The position numbers and the translations under genes are program-made. 64,000 bases of DNA. It comes from Dehalococcoidia bacterium (GTDB taxonomy: Bacteria; Chloroflexota; Dehalococcoidia; Lucifugimonadales; UBA3495). The notes under the pieces were generated by a model that ran no database searches, was not told the DNA's origin, and was given only the letters and a program-made list of their open reading frames with translations. Positions 17,503 to 26,709 of this stretch are shown here, in pieces; position 1 is the first letter of the stretch, and each line of letters starts with the position of its first letter. The stretch lies in NCBI GenBank assembly GCA_965207865.1, contig CBDBNP010000008.1, forward strand, positions 973,372 to 1,037,371, in the 5' to 3' direction.

Positions 17503-18345
17503 TTATGCCAGACCTACGATCAGGAAGGGGTGGGTTTTACCAGCAATATGGAGAGGGCGTCGGCGTAGGACGGCATCAGTACAAGCAATTCGAGCTGTTC
17601 ATGGCGATGGCTATGGCGGTCAGGTTGGCGAAGCTGTCTGAATCGCTGGTTATTCCGGTCAGGAAGTCGGTACGTAATATCGAGCCGGCCAGCCTGAAGA
17701 ATCGGTCGTGCCGAGCAGGGGCGAGAAGGCAGAGATAAGCCGTACTTAACGGTGGCGAGAGACGGGCGGCGAGGGCTGGGACGGCACAAAGTCACGCTGG
17801 CAGGCTGAGCGAGGCCCTGACATATTGGTCTCACTGTATCGCTAACCACAGAATCTTAGGTCGAATCGAATCGATGTATGTGCATACTCGCTGGGTGACT
17901 ATAGCACTAATATCATCAATTTAGTGTATTATTCGAGGGTATTATAGTATCCTTGATGTCATATTCAGCGTCTTGACAGGGCGGCCTTTTCCAGGAACGA
18001 ACCGGCGAGGGCCGCCCGTTTCCCGGCGGAGGGCATCGTGGCGGTGCCCTCGGGTGTGCGCAGGCCCACCCGACAGTCATATCTCGTGTCCGGAGCCGCA
18101 TAGCGCAAGTGGACCGCATGGGACGGCTCCACAACTGCGTCGTTCCTGTCTGTCGACACTTCCAACGAACCCGGCTCAGATTCGAGGCTCGACTCGGCGA
18201 GCCTGGTACTCAGTAATACATTCATCAATTCAGAATATCCAAATTTCCAACTATGATATCCTTATCGTAACTGCTACCCTGAATAGGGCTGATATTTCGG
18301 AGCGCACCTGGGTGGGACGTTGAGGGGCCCAGGAGGAGAAGCCAA

Positions 18346-20700
18346 GTGAGCAGCAACAGCCAACCGGAGCGGGAGATCGAGGCTCTGCGGGAGCGGATCG
18401 CCGCCCTCTCCAATGCCATCCTGCGGGTGAACGCCAGCCTGGACGTCGACACCGTACTGCACGAGATCGCCGAGTCTGCCCGCGCGCTGACAGGGGCCCG
18501 CTTAGCCGTCATAGCCACCATTGACGAGGCCCGGGCACTGGAGCACATCGTCCTCTCTGGCTTGACCCCGGAAGAGACGCGGCAGGTTGAGGGGTGGACC
18601 GACGCTCTGCGAGTCTTCGAGGTTCTGCGGGACGTGCCGTCGCCCTTGCGGGTGGCGGACATGCCCACTTATATCGCGTACATGGGCTTCAATCCCGATG
18701 GCGTAATCATCAATTCCTTCTTGGGAGCGCCCATACACCACCGGGGCGTACAGGTGGGCAACTTCTTTCTGGGGGAGAAGCAGACCGGTCCTGAGTTCAC
18801 CGACGAGGACGAGGAGGTGCTGGTGCTGTTCGCGGCGCAGGCGGCCTCGGCGGTGGCCAACGCCCGCACCCACCGGGCCGAGCAGGGGGCGCGAGCGGAC
18901 CTGGAGGCCCTGATCGAGACCTCGCCAGTGGGCGTGGTGGTGTTCGACGCCCGCAGCGGGCGGCCGGTGTCGATGAACCGGGAGGCGCGGCGCCTGGCCG
19001 CGCGCCTGCTCCCGGCTGGCGGCCCAGCGGAGGAGGTGGTACAGGTGGCCACCTGCCGCTTCTCCGACGGGACCGAAATCTTGGTCAGCGAGTTGACAAA
19101 TCCCCGAGCACTGGCTAAAGCCCGGACGCTGCGGGCCGAGGAGATAGTGACCTCGGTCCCCGATGGGCGGAGCTTCACCACGCTGGTCAACGTGACTCCC
19201 ATCTATTATGGGACTGGGGATGAGGTCAAATCAGTGGTGGTGACGCTGCAGGACCTGGCGCCGCTCCAGGAACTGGAACGGTTGCGGGCGGACTTCCTGG
19301 GTATGGTGAGCCACGAGTTGCGTGGCCCGCTCACCGCCATCAAGGGCTCGGCCGCCACCCTGATGGAGGAATCCGACCGGCTGGACCCGGCGGAACAGCA
19401 CGAGTTCCATCGCATTATCCAGGAGCAGGCCGACCACATGCGGGGGCTCATCGGCGACCTGCTGGATGCCGGGCGCATCGAGGCGGGCACACTGTCGGTG
19501 GCTCCCGAGCCCTCCGAGGTGGCCGCGCTGGTGGAGGGCTCGCGCAGCACCTTCCTGTCCGCTGGCGGACGGCATACCGTGATCATCGACCTGCCACCGG
19601 ACCTGCCCCGCGTGATGGCCGACCGGCGGCGCATAGTGCAGGTGCTGAACAACCTGCTCTTCAACGCCGCCCGGCACTCGCCCGACTCTGCCCCCATTCG
19701 GGTTGAAGCCGTGCGCGACGGCTCGCAAGTTGCCATCTCCGTCCGGGACGAGGGGCGGGGTGTGGCCCCGGAGCAGCTGCCCCACCTGTTCCGCAGGTAC
19801 GCCCTCGACGACGAGGACGGCGGCCGGGCGATGGCTGGCATGGGCCTGGGTCTCATCATATGCCGGGGGCTGGTTGAGGCCCACGGCGGCCGCATCCGGG
19901 CCGAGAGTGGCGGGACCGGTCAGGGCGCCCGGTTCACCTTCACCTTGCCCGTGGCCGAGGATGCCCGGCAGAGCGAGCCCTCAGCCTTGGCACAGTCGCC
20001 CGGCACACCTCCGGCGAGCGAGACTGCCCGCATCCTGGTGGTGGACGACGACCCGCAGACCCTGCGCTACGTGCGCCACACGCTCACCGAGGCGGGCTAT
20101 GCCGTGGCAGTGACGGGCGACCACGAGCACCTCTCCCGCACCGTCCGCGCCGAGAGGCCGCACCTGGTCCTGCTCGACCTGGTGCTGCACGGCGCCGACG
20201 GCATCGAGCTGCTGAGAAGCGTCCCCGAGCTGGCCGGTCTGCCGGTGGTATTCATCTCCGGCTACGGACGGGACGAGACCGTCGCCGAGGCCCTGAGGGC
20301 CGGGGCCGCCGACTACCTGGTCAAGCCCTTCTCGTCCACCGAGCTGACCGCTCGCGTGGGGGCGGCGCTGCGCCGGGCCACCCGCCCCGAGCCCTTCGCC
20401 CTGGGAGAGTTGGCCATCTACTACGAGGATCGGCGGGTGACAGTGGCCGGTCGCCCGGTCGAGCTGACCGCGACGGAATTCGCGCTTCTGCGCCTGCTCT
20501 CGCAGAATGCGGGACGTGTGGTGGATTACGAAACCCTGCTAGGCCAGGTGTGGAGCGGACGCAAGGAGGGGCAGGTCAACCTGGTGCGCAACTTCGTCAG
20601 GAAGCTTCGCGCCAAGCTGGGCGACGACGCCCAGAGCCCGGCCTGGATATTCAGTGTGCGCGGCATCGGTTACCGCATGCCCGACCCCCGCGACCCCTGA
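18346..20700 (+). CDS. Fused sensor histidine kinase, receiver and OmpR/PhoB-type winged-helix DNA-binding domain (GAF-PAS-HisKA-HATPase-REC-wHTH)
   Basis: This 784-aa ORF starts at a GTG. Motifs read by eye are:
- a GAF-like N-terminus
- the H-box FLGMVSHELRGPLTAI
- N/G boxes VLNNLLFNAARHS and GMGLGLIICRGLVEAHGG
- the receiver ILVVDDDP..LVLLDLVL..KPF
- the C-terminal LTATEFALLRLLSQNAGRVV...VRGIGYRM. Confidence 0.85.
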   Translation: MSSNSQPEREIEALRERIAALSNAILRVNASLDVDTVLHEIAESARALTGARLAVIATIDEARALEHIVLSGLTPEETRQVEGWTDALRVFEVLRDVPSPLRVADMPTYIAYMGFNPDGVIINSFLGAPIHHRGVQVGNFFLGEKQTGPEFTDEDEEVLVLFAAQAASAVANARTHRAEQGARADLEALIETSPVGVVVFDARSGRPVSMNREARRLAARLLPAGGPAEEVVQVATCRFSDGTEILVSELTNPRALAKARTLRAEEIVTSVPDGRSFTTLVNVTPIYYGTGDEVKSVVVTLQDLAPLQELERLRADFLGMVSHELRGPLTAIKGSAATLMEESDRLDPAEQHEFHRIIQEQADHMRGLIGDLLDAGRIEAGTLSVAPEPSEVAALVEGSRSTFLSAGGRHTVIIDLPPDLPRVMADRRRIVQVLNNLLFNAARHSPDSAPIRVEAVRDGSQVAISVRDEGRGVAPEQLPHLFRRYALDDEDGGRAMAGMGLGLIICRGLVEAHGGRIRAESGGTGQGARFTFTLPVAEDARQSEPSALAQSPGTPPASETARILVVDDDPQTLRYVRHTLTEAGYAVAVTGDHEHLSRTVRAERPHLVLLDLVLHGADGIELLRSVPELAGLPVVFISGYGRDETVAEALRAGAADYLVKPFSSTELTARVGAALRRATRPEPFALGELAIYYEDRRVTVAGRPVELTATEFALLRLLSQNAGRVVDYETLLGQVWSGRKEGQVNLVRNFVRKLRAKLGDDAQSPAWIFSVRGIGYRMPDPRDP

Positions 20701-20782
20701 TGGGCCGGCGCTTGCTGGTTGGACCCAAACAAGGCCGCGCCGAATGCGAACGAGGCAGGCGCCGTCCCGATCGGGAAAATAT

Positions 20783-21098
20783 ATCTACCGCGTTAACCTG
20801 GCTCCTCGCGTCGACAATGCCCTGTTTCTCAATCAACCCGGATTCAACCTGCTGGTCATCGACGAGCTGGGCTTCGTCCCCCTGTCCCGCACTGGGACGG
20901 AGTTGCTCTTCGAGGTCTTCAGCCAGCGCTACGAGCGGGGCTCCCTCATGGTAGCTACCAACCTGCCCCTTGATGGGTGGACCGTGGTCGTCGGCTCGGA
21001 ACGGCTCATCGGGGCCCTGTTGGACCGCCTCACCCAATACGTCCACTTCCCGGAAATGAACGGTGAAAGCTATCGCCTCAAACACAGCAGGGAGAATG
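20783..21098 (+). pseudogene. IS21-family IstB helper ATPase, C-terminal remnant
   Basis: The frame reads NLLVIDELGFVPLSRTGTELLFEVFSQRYERGSLMVATNLPLDGWTVVVGSERLIGALLDRLTQYVHFPEMNGESYRLK, which covers IstB Walker B through the C-terminus. There is no Walker A region, no istA gene and no inverted repeats. Confidence 0.75.
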
Positions 21099-21110
21099 AC
21101 GCTTTCCAAA

Positions 21111-21234
21111 CCCCAGTCCCTCTGAGGGGGAGGGAATCCTGCAACTCCTGTGGCAGTACGCCCTCACCCCAGCCCTCTCCCGAAGGGAGAGGGAACCTTT
21201 TGGCGAAACGGGAATCTTTTCGCCAGTACAGGAC
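21111..21234. repeat. REP-like palindromic elements (family 1, two hairpins) between convergent genes
   Basis: The region contains ccctctgagggggaggg and a perfect hairpin, ccctctccc (21173-21181) pairing with gggagaggg (21185-21193). The shared tail GGGAACCTTTT follows. Confidence 0.75.
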
Positions 21235-21236
21235 GA

Positions 21237-22436
21237 CTAGGCGGCCTCGTAGGGCTGCAGTTGGATCTCCTTGAGGGCCGGGATGACCTCTTTGCCCAGC
21301 AGCTCGATGGAGCGCATGCAGTCCTCGTGGGGCATGGGGCCCTCGTTGCCGTAGATCAGCAGGTAGCCGGGATTGAGCTTCTCCACGACCCATTGCAGCT
21401 GCTCGATTACAGAGTCGGGCGAACCGACGATGATGGTGCGGTGGTCCTTCTGCAGATCGTAGGACTGGGGGTCGCCGGCGTTGCCGGCAAATGCGCCGGA
21501 GGGTCGGCTGCGCTTGATCTGGAGGGCCTGGCGGGACTGGTATCCGGGCGGGTCGACGTGCTCCCGGGGACCGCGCTGGCGATGCCCCTCGGTCCACACG
21601 AAGTTGCGTCCGATTTCATCGGCCTTCTCGTCAGTATCGGCGACAAAGACCTTGAGCAGGTAGCCGAAGTGCTCGGGGCCGGGCTGATAGCCCGCTTCAA
21701 GTGCGGTGTCGATGTAGATGCTCTTGAGCCACTCGGTGGTCTCCATGACTGCGCCGAGGTTCATGTACGGGTGGCCGTGCTGCGCCGCCCAGACCACGCT
21801 CTCCGGGCTGCCGGTGCCTGGGAACCAGATGTCGGGCCGTGGCTGCTGCATGGGCAGCACCCAGGGATTGACGGCCCGGTACTGGTAGTACTTGCCTTCG
21901 TAGCGGAAGGGACCTGGCGTGGTCCAGCATTTCACGATCAGGTCGTGGGCTTCCTCGAACCGCTCCCGGTTCTGCGTCGGGTCGATGCCGGCCTGCAGGG
22001 TCTCCACGGCGCCGCCACGCACGAAGCCGGAGATGATCCGACCGCCGGAGTAGCAGTCCAGCATGGCGATCTCTTCGGCCATGCGGATGGGATCGTTGAC
22101 GGCGATGACGTTGCCCAGGATGGCTATCTTGGCCCGCTTGGTCACTTTGGCGATGACGGCGGCGTCCAGGTTCACCGCTGGCTTGCCGCACCAGTAGGCG
22201 GCGTGGTGCTCGTTGGTCATGATCCCGTCGAATCCGACCTCGTCGGCCAGGGCGTACTGGTCGTGGTACTCGTTGTACAGGATGTGGGCCTTGTCGGGAT
22301 CGAAAAACGTGTTGGGGAAACCCAGGCGTCCCGAGTCGAACTGCTCCAGCTGGGCGTCGCCTACGTAGCCCTGGGGCTGCTCGGAGAACCAGTAGACCTC
22401 CACCTGGTCTTTGGGGCGGGCCAGTTGATCAACCAT
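21237..22436 (-). CDS. LLM-class (luciferase-like) flavin-dependent oxidoreductase
   Basis: This 399-aa ORF has the typical LLM pattern FDGIMTNEHHAAYW and the overall layout of that family. Confidence 0.75.
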   Translation of the reverse strand: MVDQLARPKDQVEVYWFSEQPQGYVGDAQLEQFDSGRLGFPNTFFDPDKAHILYNEYHDQYALADEVGFDGIMTNEHHAAYWCGKPAVNLDAAVIAKVTKRAKIAILGNVIAVNDPIRMAEEIAMLDCYSGGRIISGFVRGGAVETLQAGIDPTQNRERFEEAHDLIVKCWTTPGPFRYEGKYYQYRAVNPWVLPMQQPRPDIWFPGTGSPESVVWAAQHGHPYMNLGAVMETTEWLKSIYIDTALEAGYQPGPEHFGYLLKVFVADTDEKADEIGRNFVWTEGHRQRGPREHVDPPGYQSRQALQIKRSRPSGAFAGNAGDPQSYDLQKDHRTIIVGSPDSVIEQLQWVVEKLNPGYLLIYGNEGPMPHEDCMRSIELLGKEVIPALKEIQLQPYEAA

Positions 22437-22572
22437 TGTTTCCTCCTGGTTAAATTATCAGCAAGTTTTACTTTGACGAATCGGCCAGCTCTTTGGGGAT
22501 TTCCGCTAGCCGATGAATGACACGAATATCACCAATAGGTGCGTGCCAGGGACATTATATTACAGGGAATTT

Positions 22573-22925
22573 GTCTGAATCAGGATTCGCAGGATTTTAG
22601 GATGAGCAGGATATTGAACCTACTGGAAATTCGTTTAATGCAAAAATCCTGCTTCAGTTGGAGCGCGAATTACACGCCGATCCGCGTCATGGTATGCGGG
22701 CGCCCACAGCGGGCGCCTCTACGGGACGGTTCTCGGTGGCAGTAGGGGCAAACCCTTGTGGTTGCCCTATTTACGCGCGTTCGTTGCTGGCGCGAATTCT
22801 TCTGCTGTTGCGCTGGGTGCTGCGAGGAATTCACCCCCACCCTAACCCTCCCCCTGAGGGGGAGGGGATTTGGGGCGGGAGAGGGGACTTGCAATCGTCC
22901 TGCCCTTAAAGGGAGGGGATCGGAA
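22573..22925. repeat. Composite intergenic repeat cluster containing all three repeat families
   Basis: Family 3 (ctgaatcaggatt..aatcctgc) occupies 22573-22657. Family 2 (ggcgccc/gggcgcc hairpin plus gtaggggcaaacccttgtggttgccc) occupies 22697-22768. Family 1 occupies 22831-22925. Confidence 0.75.
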
Positions 22926-22930
22926 TAGCG

Positions 22931-23833
22931 CTACCGCACCTTGACGTACCTTGTTGCGAGGCCCTTGCTGGCGTCGGTGGCTCCGCCGCTGACGAGGTAG
23001 ATGTCGCCGTGGGCGTCGGGCCAGACCTGGTGGCTGCGCGGAGTCATCCAGCTGGCCAGGACGGCTCCGGACCCGTCGCGAACCGTCAGCAGGTTCTCGA
23101 CGGCGTCGCCACTTTCCCGCTCGGCGAGGTAGAACAATCCATCGCGCCCGATGTGGATGTCGGTGGGGAGCTGAACGTTGGTCCACTGGGTGACGAACTC
23201 ACCCTCCGGGTCGAACACCTGCACGCGGTTGTTGTTGCGGTCGCAGACATAGACCAGGCCTTCGCTGCTGACCCACAGGCAGTGCGGCGAGTAGAACGCG
23301 CCAGGGCCGTCGCCGCCGGGCCGGCCCCACGACGCGATGTGCTCTCCGTCGGCGGCGAAACGGTGGACGCGGCAGTTGCGATAGCCGTCGGAGGCGTACA
23401 GGTCGCCGGAGGGCGATGGCGATAGGCGCGTGGGCCGGTTGAACGGGCCGCCCGCTCTCAACACGATGCCCTCATCCTCGAAACAGCCCGTGTCCGAGGG
23501 CTGGCCCCGGTTGCCGACCTCCAACAGTACCTCGCCGGCCGTTGACAGCTTCATGGCTACGTGGGCACCCCGGTCAGCCAGGTAAATCACGTCGTCGGGG
23601 CCGATGTACATTGTGTGTGGCTCCACGACGTACCCGGTGCCCCAAGATTCGATATAGTTTCCGTCCCGGTCGAACACCAGCACCGGTGGGTCCTGCTGCT
23701 GCTGGCAGAGGTACACCCGGTCCTGCGAGTCGACCACCACGCCGGTCACGACGCCTGCAGCCATGCCGTCGGGCAAACGGCCCCATCCGGCATCAACCTC
23801 GAACCTGAAATCGCCGGCTTCGATCAGAGCCAT
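22931..23833 (-). CDS. NHL-repeat six-bladed beta-propeller protein (peptidylamidoglycolate-lyase-like)
   Basis: This 300-aa ORF has repeated blades such as LYASDGYRNCRVHRFAADGEHIASWG and VYVCDRNNNRVQVFDPEGEFVTQW. Confidence 0.7.
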   Translation of the reverse strand: MALIEAGDFRFEVDAGWGRLPDGMAAGVVTGVVVDSQDRVYLCQQQQDPPVLVFDRDGNYIESWGTGYVVEPHTMYIGPDDVIYLADRGAHVAMKLSTAGEVLLEVGNRGQPSDTGCFEDEGIVLRAGGPFNRPTRLSPSPSGDLYASDGYRNCRVHRFAADGEHIASWGRPGGDGPGAFYSPHCLWVSSEGLVYVCDRNNNRVQVFDPEGEFVTQWTNVQLPTDIHIGRDGLFYLAERESGDAVENLLTVRDGSGAVLASWMTPRSHQVWPDAHGDIYLVSGGATDASKGLATRYVKVR

Positions 23834-23839
23834 GGTCTC

Positions 23840-24613
23840 TTACCCCCTCCCGATGTAGGGCATCTTGGTGGCCATGATTGTCATGAACTGCACGTTGGTG
23901 TTGAGGGGAAGGTTGGCGATGTATACCACCTGCTCGGCCACGTGCTTGACGTCGAAACGAGGTTCGATCACGATGTCGCCAGTGGGCTGGAGAATGCCGC
24001 GCTCCATGGGCGCGGTCATTTCCGTGGCCGCGTTGCCGATGTCGATCTGGCTGCAGGCGATGTTGTACTTGCGTCCGTCCAGAGAGGTGGCCTTGGTCAG
24101 ACCCATCACTCCGTGCTTGGTGGCGGTGTAGGGCGCGCTGTTGGGACGGGGCACGTAGGCGGAAATGGAGCCGTTGTTGATTATGCGCCCGCCCATGGGG
24201 TCCTGGCCCTTCATGATCCTGATTGCCTCCTGGGTGCAGAGGAATGTGCCGGTCAGGTTGGCGTTGACCACTGTCATCCACTGCTCGAAGGTCAGGTCCT
24301 CCATGTTCACCGGCGGCGACGAGCTGCCGGCGTTGTTGAACAGGACGTCCAGCCGTCCTCCAAAGGCGTTGCGGGTACGAGCGAACAGCTGGGCCACTGA
24401 ATCAGGGCTGCCGACGTCGGTGGCCACAGCGATGGCGCGGCCCCGGTGTTCCTCGGACTCGGCGCCGGCCGCCTCCAGAGTTGTTTCCAGCGTGTCTATC
24501 CTTCGGCCGGCCAGGGCAACCGAGTAGCCGTCGCGCAGCAGGGCCAGGGCGGAAGCCCTGCCTACTCCGGAACCCGCGCCTGTGACTATGGCGACCCGTC
24601 CAAGAGACCTCAT
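23840..24613 (-). CDS. SDR-family short-chain dehydrogenase/reductase
   Basis: This 257-aa ORF has the cofactor motif [14 protein letters not shown], plus NNAG and the catalytic YTATKHG. Confidence 0.88.
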   Translation of the reverse strand: MRSLGRVAIVTGAGSGVGRASALALLRDGYSVALAGRRIDTLETTLEAAGAESEEHRGRAIAVATDVGSPDSVAQLFARTRNAFGGRLDVLFNNAGSSSPPVNMEDLTFEQWMTVVNANLTGTFLCTQEAIRIMKGQDPMGGRIINNGSISAYVPRPNSAPYTATKHGVMGLTKATSLDGRKYNIACSQIDIGNAATEMTAPMERGILQPTGDIVIEPRFDVKHVAEQVVYIANLPLNTNVQFMTIMATKMPYIGRG

Positions 24614-24713
24614 TTCATTTCCTCCGTTGTGGAGTGCCTGTCTTTGTGTGCCAGTTTACTCTCACTCTGCAAGAGTGTGGAATCCGGGCAGCGTCGAGGT
24701 AGTGCAGCGCATT

Positions 24714-24812
24714 GCCTGAATCAGGACCTACAAGTTTCGAGGATTAGCGGAATGGAACGGAAATCCTGTGGCGCAGCCTCAATTATGAAAATCCCTTAAT
24801 CCTGTAAATCCC
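24714..24812. repeat. Family-3 intergenic repeat (ctgaatcagga ... aatcctgtaaatcc)
   Basis: The region shares the cctgaatcagga and aaatcctgt / aatcctgtaaatcc cores with 22573-22657 and 63813-63883. Confidence 0.65.
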
Positions 24813-24879
24813 CATACAGACAATTGCCGCAGACATCGGAAAGGCTATACTTGCAAAAACAAAGGTGAAGAGGTGAACC

Positions 24880-25899
24880 ATGCGAGCAGCAGTATACAAG
24901 GGCGAACAGGTCTTGCAGGTTGAAGATGTTCCAGACCCGGTGCCGGGGCCGGGACAAGCGGTGATGAAGGTCAGGTACGCCGCCATCTGCGGCACCGACG
25001 TTCACGCTTTCATGTATGACATCGCCAAGCCGGGTACGGTACTGGGGCACGAGTTCGCGGGAACCATAGTCGACGTCGGCGAAGGGGTGTCGCGGGTCCG
25101 GAGCGGCGACCGTGTGGTCGGAGGCGGCGGGCAGGCTCCTCCCGGAACACCTCCGGGACCAAGGGCCAATCCCCGGTTTAACTATCGCACCATGGGATTC
25201 CAGCACAATGCCCGGCAGCTTGGCTACGCCGAGTACGTGCTGATGGATGAGTGGGAGTTCACCCCGGTCCCTGATGACGTGACCGACGAACAGGCGTCGC
25301 TGACCGAACCCTGTGCCGTGACCGTCCACGCCGCGCGCCTGTCGGACATCAAGCTGGGCGACGCGGTGGTGGTGCTGGGAGCGGGGCCCATCGGCCTGCT
25401 GTGCATGCAGACGGCGCGGGCGGCCGGGGCGACGACTGTGATCGTGTCGGAGCCGGCGCCGGCCCGGGCCGAGGCGGCGCGGCGACTGGGAGCGGACGCC
25501 GTGGTCAACCCGCTGCAGGACGACCTGGAAGCGCGGGTATTGGAGCTGACCGGCGGCATTGGCCCGCAGGTGGTATTCGAGTGCGCCGCTGCGCCGTCGA
25601 CCATGGAGCAGGCGCTGGATCTCTGCGCCAAGGGCGGCCAGGTGGTGATGCTGGCCATCGCGTGGGAGCCAACGGCGGTGTTGCCGCCCAACTGGATGGC
25701 GCGTGAGGTGAGGATGCAGTCATCGTTCGGCACGCAGCCACAGGACTGGCGGATCGCGCTGGACCTGATGCGGAAGGGACTGGTGTCGGTGGACCACATG
25801 CTGAGCGCCACCAACTTCGTTCCCATAGAGGGAATCCAGGGGGCGTTCGAGGCACTGTGCCGCCCGTCCTCGGAGTTGCAGGTGGTGGTGGAGTTTTAG
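24880..25899 (+). CDS. Zinc-dependent medium-chain alcohol dehydrogenase family protein
   Basis: This 339-aa ORF has GHEFAGTIVDVGEGV, the Rossmann motif VVVLGAGPIGLL, and a GAGGTG RBS upstream. Confidence 0.85.
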   Translation: MRAAVYKGEQVLQVEDVPDPVPGPGQAVMKVRYAAICGTDVHAFMYDIAKPGTVLGHEFAGTIVDVGEGVSRVRSGDRVVGGGGQAPPGTPPGPRANPRFNYRTMGFQHNARQLGYAEYVLMDEWEFTPVPDDVTDEQASLTEPCAVTVHAARLSDIKLGDAVVVLGAGPIGLLCMQTARAAGATTVIVSEPAPARAEAARRLGADAVVNPLQDDLEARVLELTGGIGPQVVFECAAAPSTMEQALDLCAKGGQVVMLAIAWEPTAVLPPNWMAREVRMQSSFGTQPQDWRIALDLMRKGLVSVDHMLSATNFVPIEGIQGAFEALCRPSSELQVVVEF

Positions 25900-25971
25900 A
25901 GGAGGCCCGCTGTTCCTGGCTTCGGCTGGTTAATATGGGGATCGGGACCCTGTAACTCTACGGCGATAGGT

Positions 25972-26691
25972 ATGAGCGACTGCCCGAACTGCGGTGCGCC
26001 CTCCGAAGGTGCGGCCAACTACTGTGTGCGATGCGGCAGCCGGATGGGCGTTGGCTGTCCAGCTTGTGGCACCGTCAACCGGCCCGAAAGCCAGTACTGC
26101 CACGCCTGCGGTTCTGCTTTGGTGTCGGCGCCGCCCGCCGCCCCTCCCGTTTCCATCCCATGCCCGCGCTGCCAGTCCCTGAACGCACCGCGCACAACGT
26201 TTTGCTACTCCTGTGGCCTGCCCCTGGATGAATTTGGCGGCGCCCCGAGGTCAACGGCGATGGGCGTCGGGGTGCTGGTGGGAACGCCTGCGGGGTTCTG
26301 GATAAGGCTGCTGGCGTGGCTCATCGACGCGATTGTCCTGGTTATCGTTCAGCTGATCCTACTCACCCTGATGCCGGGAACATCCATCGAGGCCTATTAC
26401 TCCAGCGACGCTTTATGGACTGCTGCAGACAGCATCATGACCATCGTCGGCGCGATCTATTACACCGTAGGGGTTTCCGTGTTTTCGACTACAGTCGGCA
26501 AACGATCTCTGGGCCTTTACGTTCTGAGACCGGACGGGTCGAAGGTGAGCGGCCTGCGTGCCTTCGGCAGGCACGTGGCCAGCGGCCTCTCAGCCCTGAT
26601 ACTGTTCATCGGGTACCTGATGATAGCGTTCAGCAGTGACAAACGGGGGCTGCACGATCATATCTGCGATACCGTAGTGGTCAGAAAATAG
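25972..26691 (+). CDS. Triple zinc-ribbon / RDD-family membrane protein
   Basis: Three CxxC..CxxC ribbons are present (CPNCGA..CVRCGS, CPACGT..CHACGS, CPRCQS..CYSCGL). A membrane domain follows with WIRLLAWLIDAIVL and the GKRSLGLYVLRPDG pattern of RDD proteins. Confidence 0.75.
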   Translation: MSDCPNCGAPSEGAANYCVRCGSRMGVGCPACGTVNRPESQYCHACGSALVSAPPAAPPVSIPCPRCQSLNAPRTTFCYSCGLPLDEFGGAPRSTAMGVGVLVGTPAGFWIRLLAWLIDAIVLVIVQLILLTLMPGTSIEAYYSSDALWTAADSIMTIVGAIYYTVGVSVFSTTVGKRSLGLYVLRPDGSKVSGLRAFGRHVASGLSALILFIGYLMIAFSSDKRGLHDHICDTVVVRK

Positions 26692-26709
26692 CTGCAGGGC
26701 CCGTGTGGA

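Noticed and set aside
16634-17641. Several Pro/Gly-rich ORFs on both strands
   Set aside because: They are mirror or alternative frames of the collagen-like G-X-Y coding region. Only the 970-aa frame has a signal peptide and continues into the RCC1-like repeats.
17965-18228. An 87-aa minus-strand ORF in the divergent intergenic region between the collagen/RCC1 gene and the fused kinase-regulator gene
   Set aside because: It has no RBS, no motif, and a composition like the surrounding non-coding DNA. It may still deserve a look in transcriptome data.
21150-22520. A 456-aa plus-strand ORF
   Set aside because: It is fully antisense to the well-supported LLM oxidoreductase gene. Its Gly/Val/Asp/Leu-rich low-complexity translation is typical of shadow ORFs in high-GC DNA, and it has no recognisable motifs.
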